Shown here: one piece after another, positions 53,903 through 64,000 of the stretch
Position numbering within the stretch: position 1 is the stretch's first letter
Layout: every line of letters begins with the position of its first letter
DNA from: Felis catus
Taxonomy: Eukaryota
NCBI RefSeq assembly: GCF_018350175.1
Contig: NC_058372.1
Location: 98,520,001-98,584,000 of the forward strand
Length of the DNA: 64,000 bases
Direction: 5' to 3'
The notes under the pieces: model-generated
Told to the model about the DNA's origin: nothing
What the model saw: the letters and a program-made list of their open reading frames with translations, nothing else
The model's database searches: none
Position numbers and translations under genes: made by a program

Positions 53903-54434
53903 AACACTAGAAAATTTTGCTGGAGCACTTCACTACATTAAAATATTTTGGAGAAAACTATGATCATCTTAATATTTGTAGAAAATATGCTTAACAAACT
54001 CAGTACCCGTTTGTGATCAAAAGTCTTTAAAAAGTTGAAAGAATTTGAAAAAATGTTAACATTTATTAATCCTGAGGGATAGATATGCAGATATTTTATT
54101 CTGTACTTTTTTTTTTTTTTTTGCAGTTGAAAAACTTTACAACTTAAAATCATGGTGACCCACGAACATTTTTGCTTGTTTTCATTACTCTCCTCTCTCC
54201 AACCTCAAAGCATTTGCAAAGCACATAATTGTAAAAAAAAGAACAGTATTTACTTCTGTGTTGCCCTGAGTCTAAGTGCTCCACATCTCAGTACATGACT
54301 CTCCCTCTCTGGCACAATCAGGGATGAGGAAGTGGTCAAACTATAAAGTTAAGGGTCTCTGAAGGGACAATCAACAGACTTAGAAATTGCTTCAGATGAA
54401 ATCCCTACTGCAGCTATGGATTGAATTCCCCAGG

Positions 54435-54563
54435 GTTTTTAAAAACTATTTTATTTTTAAGTAATCTCTGCACCCATCATGGGACTTGAACTCACAGTCC
54501 CGAGATCAAGAGTTGCATGCTCTACCAACTGAGCTCTACCAACTGAGCCAGCCAGGTGGCCCC
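54435..54563 (-). mobile_element. Short tRNA-derived Can-SINE with internal 14-bp duplication
   Basis: TSD TGAATTCC..AG; CTCTACCAACTGAG present twice. Confidence 0.75.
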
Positions 54564-54675
54564 TGAATTCCTCAGTTGTAATGAGAGGTATTCACAAATA
54601 TAAATGTATATGTGAGTATAATTAAGCTATGCAAAATAATAGTATTATGTGAATGTAATATGCTTTTCTTTTTAG

Positions 54676-54726
54676 GTATCTACGAATCTTTCAAAATGTG
54701 GACCTGTCTAGCAATTTTTACTTTAG
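54676..54726 (+). CDS. FIG4: FIG4 exon 5 (51 nt): (R)YLRIFQNVDLSSNFYF(S)
   Basis: ttttctttttAG acceptor, GTAAGT donor; phase 2-2; start of the SAC-family FYFSY motif. Confidence 0.96.
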
Positions 54727-55589
54727 GTAAGTCTAAACTTAGTTTTTCTCTTGTTAGTCACTTAAATGTTTATATTATTTTCCAGGAAGTAAAAACAAAA
54801 TCAGAGGACACAATAGTACTTCCTTTATTTTTTTTATTGGCCAAATTATTTCATCTAAAAACATAAAGGTACAGGTATTTCTTCCCTTTAAAAATCTTAG
54901 AATTGAATATTGAATGGGCAAATTAAAGGGCAACTGTTCTCACTATAAGCATCCTCTTTGTTTTAGGTGGAATTTTAATGAAATATTCTTATTTTGTAAT
55001 TTTTAATTACAAAATGAAATTTGCATTCAGTTTCTAATACAGAGTTGTAACCATTTCACAGTTCAATGTTTAGTTAACCATCTAGCAAAATTAAAAACAA
55101 ATTCAGGATAGGAAGAACTATTGCAATACCAAGATACCGCTAATGGCATTGTAAATTAATAGTTTTCCTGAAGAGGAATGTAGCATTAAGTATTTGTTAA
55201 AATATATCCTAAGAAAATAAATTAGGAGAGAAAATATTAATTCCTGTTTATAAAGGGACACTTATAGCTTCTCTGTTTATGATAGCCCCAATGCAAGCCA
55301 GCCAATGCAGGGACAACCCAAATACCAATAGTTGAATGACAGGCAAGTACATTTTAACAGAGCATTGTGATAGAGTATTATACCACCACTGATGTGGCCA
55401 ATATGTAGGCCTAGGAGCTACAGGGTTATTGTGCTAAGTGGAAAATTCTTTCAGCTGTAATATCCAAACTAAAAAGGTAGAACACAAAATAGCATGCACC
55501 AAAAAGGACACGAGTGCTAAGGACTAAATGAGGGCCTAGAGTGTTGTAACTCTTGATGCCATGCACTGATGCATTATTTTAAATTTATT

Positions 55590-55824
55590 AAAAAATTTTT
55601 TTTAACATTAGCCACTTTTTTTTGTTTATTTATTTATTTTGAGAAAGAGAGCACATGTAAGTGTGAGCCAGGGGAGGGGCAGAGAGAGAGGGAGAGTGAG
55701 AATCTCAAGCAGGCTCAGTGCTATCAGCACAGAGCCCACGTGGGGCTGGATCTCACAAACCATGTGATCATGACCTGAGCTGAGATCAAGAGTCGGACGC
55801 TTAACTGAGCCACCCCAGCGCCCC
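55590..55824 (-). mobile_element. Can-SINE
   Basis: Antisense head and tail. Confidence 0.87.
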
Positions 55825-56983
55825 TTTAAATTGTTTATACAGTTAACCACTTGTTTACCTATGAAATAAAGAAAAATGTGTTTACTATATAGAATGGGTT
55901 ATGTCTTCATAAAACTGAAGGGAGTTCATTATTTTAACAGTAGTATATATTGAAGGGCTCCTAAAGAAAAAACTTTCACTTCCTCAAATGTTTATTGAAT
56001 GTATATTTCCATTGTGTTTATCTCAGTCATCTGCTTCTCTGTCTTTGTTGCTTAATTATATGTTTATAGCATCTGCAAGTTATCACTGCAACTTGGTGGT
56101 GCTGTTAGAAATGGTCCTCTGCTCCATGATTTCAACTTCGTTTGTATCCTGACAGCTCTCTGGCCAAGTCATCCCATAAGTAAAATATGTTGGTTGAGGT
56201 TTTTGTGTCTGATAAGTAAGCTTCAAAAAGCATATACTACATTCTTAAGATTCGGCTGGAATAAAGCAGTTACTCTAACTAGGAAAAAATTGATTTTTAA
56301 AAGTCGAAAATCAACATCCCTCCCCCCCAACCCCTGCGCGTATTGAGGTATTACTGACATATATCATCTATAAGTTTAAGGTGTACAACATGATGTTTAG
56401 ATACACATAAATAGTATGACATAATTACCACAATAAGGTTAGTCAACACTTCCATCCCCTCACACCCCCATTATGAGGGTGTGTGTGTGTGTGTGTGTGT
56501 TGAAAACATTCCAGATGTGCTCTTAACAAATCTGAGGTTGTAATTCGTTACTGTTAATTACAGTTGCCATGCTATGCATTAGATGCCCAGATCTTTTTTG
56601 TCTTATAGCTGGGAGTTTGTACCGTGTGACCAGTACACAGCTCATTTGGCTTTTTTAGATTCTGCATAGAAGTGAGAACATATGGAAATAATCAGACTTA
56701 TTTCACTTAGTATATTGCCTTCAAGTTCCATCTATGTTGTTGCAAATAGCAGGATTTCTGTCTTTTATTTTTATGGTTGAATGATATCTGTGTGTGTACG
56801 TGCACCATATCCTTTTTATCCATTTACCTATTTCTGGACTCTTAGGATGTTTCCATGTTTTGGCTATCATGAATAATGCTTCAGTCAACATGGGTATGCA
56901 GATATCTCTTAAGATGATGATTTAATTTCTTTTGGCTATATACTCATAAGTGGGAATACTGGATCATATGGCAGTTCTATTTT

Positions 56984-57171
56984 TTTATTTTGAGAGACAG
57001 AGAGTGCGAGCAGAGGAGGGGCAGAGAGAGAGAGGGAGAGAGAGAATCCCAAGCAGGCTCTGTGCTGTCAGTGCAGAACCTGATGCAGGGCTCGAACTCA
57101 CAGACCTTGAGATCATGACCTGAGCTGAAATCGAGTCGGCTGCTCAACCAACTGAGCTACTCAGGCATCCC
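56984..57171 (-). mobile_element. Can-SINE inserted in an L1
   Basis: TSD GG(C/T)AGTTCTATTTT. Confidence 0.88.
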
Positions 57172-58129
57172 TGGTAGTTCTATTTTTAGTTTTTTAAGGA
57201 ACTTCCATACAGTTTCTACAGTGACTGAACCAATTTACATTCCCACCAGCAGTGCACAAGCGTTCTTTTTTCTCCATAGCTTAACCAACACTTGTCTCTT
57301 GTCTTTTTGATAATAGCCATTATAGCAGATATGAGTTGCAATCTCATTGTGTTTTTAATTTGCATCCCTGATGTGATGTTGAACATTTTTTCATGTGTCT
57401 GTAGGGCATTTTCTTTGGTAAAATGCCTATTCAGGTCCTTTGCCCATTATTTAATTGGATTGTTTGGTTTTCGTTTTGGTGATATGTTTTATGTTTTTTT
57501 GTTTGGGTTTTTTTTTTATTTTTTATTTTTTAATTTTTTGCTCTTCAGTTATATGAGTTCCATATGTGCTTTGGATATTAACCCCTTACTAGATACATGG
57601 TTTGTAAATATTTTCTCCCATTACATAGGTTGCCTTTTTATTTTGTTGATTTTTTTTCTGTGCAGAAGCTTTTTAGTTTGCTGTAGTCCCACTTATTTAT
57701 TTTTGCTTTTGTTGCCTGTTGTTTTGGTGTCCTATCCATAAAAGCTTTGCTAAAACTAATGTCAAAGAGCTTTTCCCCTTTGTCTTCTTCTAGTAAGTTT
57801 ACAGTTTGGGGTCTTACATTTAAGTCTTTAATCCATCTTGAGTTACTTTTTGTGAGTGGTGTAAGACAAGAGTCCAACTTCCTTGTTTGCATGTGGTTAT
57901 CCAGTCTTCCCAGCACCATTTATTGAAGAGACTATCCTTTCTCCATGTGTCATCTTGGCTCTCTTGTCAAATAGTTGACTCTGTATGCATGGGTTTCTTT
58001 CTGGGCTTTCAGTTCTATTCCACTGATCTACATATGTGTCTATTTTTATGCCACGCTACTTTGAATGTTGTAGCTTTGTAAAAAAGTTTGAAACCTGAAA
58101 GTGTGATGCCTCCATCTTTGTTCTTTCTT

Positions 58130-58351
58130 TTTTTTTAAAATTTTTTTTTTAATGTTTATTTATTTTTGAGACAGAGAGAGACAGAGCATGAACGGGGGAG
58201 GGTCAGAGAGAGGGAGACACGGAATCCGAAACAGGCTCCAGGCTCCGAGCTGTCAGCACAGAGCCCGACGCGGGTCTCGAACTCACGGACCGCGAGATCG
58301 TGACCTGAGCCAAAGTCGGCCGCCCAACCGAATGAGCCACCCAGGCGCCCC
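58130..58351 (-). mobile_element. Can-SINE inserted in an L1
   Basis: TSD TCTTTGTTCTTTCTT; CpG-rich. Confidence 0.92.
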
Positions 58352-59069
58352 TCTTTGTTCTTTCTTAAGATTGCTTTGGCTATTGGTGGTCTTTTGTGGT
58401 TCCATACACATTTTAGGATTGTTTGTTCTACCTCTGTGAAAAATGTCGTTGGGTTTTTGATATGGATCTGTGGATGACTTTGGGTAGTATGGACATTTGA
58501 ACAATATTAATTCTGATCTATGAACATGGGGAATCTTTCCATTTGTTTGTATCTTCAGTTTATTTCATCAGTGTCTTACAATTTTTAGTGTAAAATCTTT
58601 CTCCTCCTTGGTTAAATTTATTCCATCGTATTTTATTTTTTGATGCTATTGTAAATATGATTGAAAAACCAACTTCTTAATACAACTTTTATCCCTGAGA
58701 TTAGATACTAGTAAAATTAATGGCTTCATCTAACAAATGTAGTAAAATTGAATTTCACAAATAAAAAAATAAATTTCAATCAAATTATATGAATAAATTA
58801 AAGAAGAAATAATAATTGAAATAATTTGTGAGTCTTCAGACAAAATTGCAGCCATCTTTATGAATTTGGGTACACATGAATTCTAGATGACATTCTGTGC
58901 TAAAATATATAACTAGACATACTTTAAAAATTATTAATTATGTGAAATCAGAATTGTAAAATGGGTTTCTTATGGCCTCAAAGCCAAATTTTATTTGCAA
59001 AGACTGTGATAACTTTTTGGATGAGTATTACTCTTCTAAAACAAATTTTATCATAATGGCTTGTATTTT

Positions 59070-59284
59070 CTTTTTAAAACATTTTTTAATGTTTATTTTT
59101 GAGATAGAGAGAGAGAGAGAGAATGGGGGAGGGACAGAGAGAGAGGGAGACACAGAATCTGAAGCAGCCTCCAGGCTTTAAGCTGTTAGCACAGAGCCTG
59201 ACGTGGATCTTGAACTCACTAATCATGAGATCATGACCTGAACCGAAGCTGGATGCCTAACTGACTGAGCCACCCAGATGCCCC
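59070..59284 (-). mobile_element. Can-SINE
   Basis: Antisense head and tail. Confidence 0.88.
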
Positions 59285-59587
59285 TGTATTATTTTCTTAT
59301 TCCTGTTTTATTATGAAGTCAGTTATGGAACTGCCACTAAAAATTAATAGAATTACTTTTGTTCATAGGTAAACTAGAGTACAGACCATGCACTATTGCG
59401 TAGATACTGTAACATCTATACAACTCTATTCAGATACGTATGAGAGTGTGACCTCTTTGCACAAGGCTGTGACGTTATACTGATCTCACTGTAAAGCAAA
59501 AAATGCACATTGCAAGTCAGTGAATGTTGGTTTCTCGTATATTTCTAATTGTGCAAATGCCTAAGTCATGCAGTGATTTAAAAGTTG

Positions 59588-59805
59588 TTTTTTTTTTTTA
59601 ATGTTTATCTATTTTTGAGAGAGAAGGAGAGAGACAGAGCGTGAGTAAAGGAGGGACAGAGAGAGAGGGAGACATAGAATTTGAAGCAGGCTCCAGGCTT
59701 TGAGCTGTCAGCACAGAGCCCAGTGCGGGGCTCAAACTTACCTACTGTGAGATCATGACCTCAGCTGAAGTTGGATGCTCAACCAACTGAGCTACCCAGG
59801 TGCCC
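59588..59805 (-). mobile_element. Can-SINE in the tail of an L1
   Basis: Antisense head and tail. Confidence 0.88.
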
Positions 59806-59809
59806 TATT

Positions 59810-60452
59810 TTTTAATTGAAGCATAGTAGACATACAATATTATATTAGTTTCAGGTGTACAACATAGTGAATTGACAATTCTGCTTATTACTCAGTGTTC
59901 ATCATGGTAAGTATAGTCATCATCTATCATCACACAACATCATTACAATATTATTGACTATATTCCCTATGCCGTGCTTTTCATCCCTGTGATTTACTTA
60001 CTTTATAATTTTAAGCTTGTGCCCCTTAATCCCCTTTATCTCTTTTGCCCATCTTGCATTCTCGCCTTACTGGCAATGACCAGTTCTCTGCACTTATGAG
60101 TCTGTTTCTGTTTTTGTTTGTGTTGTTTTTTAGATTCCACATTTGAGTGAAATCATACAGTATTTCTCTTTATCTGTCTGACTTATATCACTTAGTGTAA
60201 TGCCCTCTAAATCCATCTTTGTTGTTGCAAATGGCAAGAGCTCATTCTTTTTTATTGTTTTCAGTGGACGCTTAGGTTGCCTCCATATTTATATATTGGC
60301 TATTGTAGCCAATAAATATAAATACTGCAATAAATACTGCAATAAACATAGGGGAGCATATATCTTTTCAAATTGTGTTTTTGTTTCATTGGGTATATAC
60401 CCAGAAGTGGAATTACTGGCTTGAAAGTATTTCTGTTTTTAATTTTTTTAGG
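59810..60452 (-). mobile_element. L1 3' end
   Basis: Antisense 3'UTR and ORF2 end, same family as 52215-52885. Confidence 0.8.
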
Positions 60453-60634
60453 GATGCAGTGATTTTTAAATTTCCAGTTACCTTCATGGTTTTATAGTGC
60501 TTGCTTGAATAGCATTGCTTCCAAGTAACAGAACAGGTGCTAATATAGTTGACAGTTTTTCATTCCATATAGGAACCAAGACTGAAATATGTTTTGCTTT
60601 TATAATTCTTACTAAGTTTCAGTTATGTTCTTAG

Positions 60635-60783
60635 TTACAGCTATGATTTGTCCCACTCACTTCAATATAATCTCACTGTCTTGCGAATGCCCCTGGAGAT
60701 GTTAAAGTCGGAAACAACCCAGACTCGCCAGGAGAGTTTCGACATCTTTGAAGATGAAGGATTAATTACACAGGGTGGAAGTG
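60635..60783 (+). CDS. FIG4: FIG4 exon 6 (149 nt): (S)[49 protein letters not shown](G)
   Basis: cttAG acceptor, GTAGGT donor; completes [14 protein letters not shown]; overlaps ORF 60648-60905. Confidence 0.96.
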
Positions 60784-61390
60784 GTAGGTGGTTTTCAGCA
60801 CATCTAACGCATGTTAATACGGCATCCGTGAAATGGCATCTCATGAAATTAACTCACATTTCCCTCATATTTCTCTATCCCTTATTGTTCTTTGTCCTTA
60901 CATGAGGTTGTTCCAGATACATGAACTTGACCAGTTCATTTTTGGAGAGACCGTTAATCATGATGTGATTTCATTTGTGGGCCAGCCAGAAAATTGTGTA
61001 CTGACATTTCCTAGGAAATTTCCATGTACTTTTAATGGAATACATTTTAGGTCTAGACTTGTGGTGAAGTTTGAAAGGGGAATTGGTTTTTTTGAATATT
61101 GGAGAATACGCCACTGCTTTATTTTACTTCTTGGAGAGTTTTGGAAAAAACTCATCATGGGTTATCTGTTGTGTCCTTGACATTTGCTGCAGTATCTCTA
61201 ATTCTCATAAAAACTCTGCTCAGTAGATATGATGCCACTTTTAAAGAAATAAATACTAAGTGGAAAACCTAGGTGTAGAGATTAAGATCACATGGCCAGT
61301 GTGCTGAGGAACCAGTACAGCATATCAAAAACTGTTCTTATTTTGATTGGTCCCAGCTTGACCCAAGAGTCAAGCAAGACAGGCCTTTTT

Positions 61391-61740
61391 ATTTTATTTT
61401 ATTTTATTTTATTTTATTTTATTTTATTTTATTTTATTTTTATTTTTTTTCAATATATGAAGTTTACTGTCAAATTGGTTTCCATACAACACCCAGTGCT
61501 CATCCCAAAAGATGCCCTCCTCACTACCCATCACCCACCCTCCCCTCCCTCCCACCCCCCATCAACCCTCAGTTTGTTCTCAGTTTTTAAGAGTCTCTTA
61601 TGCTTTGGCTCTCTCCCACTCTAACCTCTTTTTTTTCTTGTTTTCTTGTTTTCTTTTTTTTTCTTTTTTTTTTCTTCTTCTCCCCCATGGGTTTCTGTTA
61701 AGTTTCTCAGGATCCACATAAGAGTGAAACCATATGGTAT
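61391..61740 (-). mobile_element. Felid L1 3' end with (TTTTA)n tail
   Basis: TSD CAAGACAGGCCTTTTT at 61375-61390 and 61741-61756. Confidence 0.92.
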
Positions 61741-62581
61741 CAAGACAGGCCTTTTTTATGTCAGGGCCACTGGAGGATCACTGCAGGACCACATGTGACT
61801 AGTCTAGGGTCACCCTGGAAATCCTAGACCAACTGGTCACACAGCAGAATTGGTACCTTTATCCCTGGATTTTTGGGTTGGTCTAGAACTCTAAAGCCAG
61901 GGGCACAGCTAAAGTGAATATTGTGAAGGAATCGTTTCAGGCTTAAAGTAGTTTAGCTGAATTGGATTTACTATGGAGACATAGTAAGTCAATGGTGTCT
62001 TGGTCACCTTGCTCTGCAACTTAAATAATGGTGATGAAGATGTGGGTGGAGAGGTAGAATGTAATCTAAAGTTGCAGAAAGTTTGTCCTTGCAGGACACT
62101 CAAGAAGAGGCTGTGCCCTATTAACATTTTGCCAAAGGTTCTTGTTCACTCTAAGTAGACTTAGAGTGTTACTTAAACTGGATATCATCCCTGGCATTGC
62201 CCTTGACTATTATTAACCTATTAGATTGACTCTCTTATACTGAGGCCAAACTCAGTACACCCCACCTACCTCAGAACATCCAGACCACATAAATTTGCCC
62301 TGGTTCAGACTCCCAAATTGTAACCTATACTGCCAGACACAGGTGGAGGATAAGGCAATGTGTGCCTGAATATTTGTTTGCCTCATTTCTTCTAAATACC
62401 ATGCTTCATAATAGAAAAACTAAAGTATTACTAAATTTGCACTGTCATCCTAAATATGAATTTGAATATTTGTTCTGGAATCCTAATTAAGGATTCCACT
62501 TAATTTTTGTATTCTCTAAAAGCCACTTAATTTTTTTATTCTCTCTAGAGCAGTTCTACTTGGCAGATATGAATAACATTG

Positions 62582-63088
62582 TGTATTAGGTTTTCATAGC
62601 TGCTATAACAAATTACCGCAAACTTAGTGGCTTGAAACTATACAAATGTACTATGTTACAGAAGTCAGAAGTTCCAAATAGGTATCAGTGGACTAAAATT
62701 AGGGTGTTGGCAGGGTTGCGTTCCTTTTTTGACACCCTGGAGAAAATCCATTTTCTTGCCATTTCCGTGTTCTAGAGGCTGCCCACATTCCTTGGTTTGG
62801 GGCCCCTTCCGTGTTCAAAGCCAACAATGGCCAGTGAGGTTTTTTTCCTACGTTATGTCACTCTGACATTCACATTCTTGCTTTCCTCTTTTCCTTACCA
62901 TGACCCTGTGATCACATTGGGCTCGCCTAGATAATCCAAAATAATCTCCCCATCTCAGGGTCATCTAATTAACAACCTGAATGCCATCTGAATTTCAATT
63001 TCTCCTTGTCATGTAACATAACATATTCACATGTTCTGGTGATTAGGACATACACATCTTTTGGTGGGTACACTATTCTCTTACCACA
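62582..63088 (-). mobile_element. MLT1 (MaLR) solo LTR
   Basis: TGTATTAG...GCTGCTATAACAAATTACC start and TACCACA end, typical of an antisense MLT1. Confidence 0.8.
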
Positions 63089-63659
63089 GAGGAGGAAGCT
63101 GATAGGAAACAGAGAGTAAGGGTAGAAGGTATGGGGTAGGTAGAAAACAAAAACAATAATACATTTTTTTAAAAGTCTCTACTCTGTCAGGCAGTGTATT
63201 AGTTACTTTGGGTATGTTAATTTAATCTGAACATATCTCTGAGGTGAGTAGTAGTATCATCATTTCACAGTTCAGAAATGTTTAAGCAACTCACCAGAGG
63301 TCACAGAGTCTGGTAAGTGGCAAAGACTGGACTCTAGTTCATGTGTGCACTATTCGTGCTTTGCGTAAAGCATTGAAAGGGCAGAGAAGATTTAGTTTTT
63401 ATGAATCAAACCAAGTGTATTTGCCGTAGTATATAAACACTCTTAACATACCATGTTTTGAGAAGGAAAATAGCCTGCTACCCAGAACTTTTTAGTCTTT
63501 TAAGCCATTCTCTTTTAACTATACTTATTTCTTATGCTGTACTTTATGTAAGTTTTATAAAACTTGTTGGTGTTTAATAAATGTATCTGGATATGCTGAA
63601 ATCATGTTTGATGAAATTAATTTCTTCACAAAGAAAAAACCTGATGTGATAATAGCTAT

Positions 63660-63885
63660 ATCACTTACGGAAGTATCAGTAAGGCACCGGTCTGGTTCAA
63701 AGCACTGTATGTGTATTTCCAACTTATTTCATCTTTACAACAACCACATGACACAGGTACGATTGAGGAAGCAGAGGCATTGAGATAGTAAGTGACGCTC
63801 TTCGTCACACCTGTCATCCTGCTGATGAGAGGCAGAGCCAGTATTTGGACCCCGGCTGCCTAACCCCAGAGCAATGCTTCCAGCC
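63660..63885. mobile_element. MIR-like remnant
   Basis: Core-like GAGGAAGCAGAGGCATTGAGA...AAGTGAC; heavily decayed. Confidence 0.5.
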
Positions 63886-64000
63886 AGCTTAAGTGCTGTC
63901 TCTTGGCCTTAGTCATGTATTTGTACATGTGTCCTTAATTTCCCTATTGTTTTCCTTTCTCTTAGGTTAAAAGCTCTCACAAATCAGAAAAATGTGTTTA

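Larger units (their letters stand above)
56340..58665 (-). mobile_element. L1 3' region, older subfamily, split by two SINEs
   Basis: ORF2-like [24 protein letters not shown] in ORF 57638-57919; 3'UTR at the left end. Confidence 0.88.

Noticed and set aside
60958..61006. Intronic C/D-box snoRNA (ATGATGT...CTGA)
   Set aside because: Imperfect C box, too short, no convincing terminal stem
62477..62545. Hairpin GGAATCCT-N5-AGGATTCC plus a ~26-bp imperfect tandem duplication
   Set aside because: Short AT-rich features expected from chance or slippage; no supporting context
63930..64000. Strong acceptor TTTTCCTTTCTCTTAG as the start of FIG4 exon 7
   Set aside because: The following sequence does not encode the expected GVFGICSEP-like peptide; exon 7 probably lies beyond the window

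Overview
Mammalian genomic DNA, very likely a felid, judging from about 36 tRNA-derived Can-SINEs of the SINEC_Fc type and carnivore/felid L1 3' ends. The window covers the head-to-head AK9/FIG4 locus. On the + strand are FIG4 coding exons 1-6 (23190-60783, 215 codons plus 1 nt, all GT-AG and in frame); exon 7 was not found in the window. On the - strand are four AK9 coding exons (10922 down to 6938, 110 codons plus 1 nt, including the P-loop GKPGVGKT). The genes share a CpG-rich bidirectional promoter (~22800-23350), and a second small CpG cluster (~22120-22340) carries an RFX X-box and a strong minus-strand donor. The rest is intron filled with transposable elements: a decayed ERV-L provirus with an LTR16-like 3' LTR, further LTRs, a Charlie hAT remnant, old and young L1s, and SINEs. 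Nearly all ORF-track entries are repeat-derived or random. I found no new biological system. The best leads are a SINE and an L1 inserted on opposite strands at the same TTTT|AAAA position, a candidate RFX-driven alternative AK9 first exon, a short FIG4 uORF, and several splice-site oddities in FIG4. Gene and repeat family names come from recall, not a database search; repeat boundaries are approximate unless a TSD is given.
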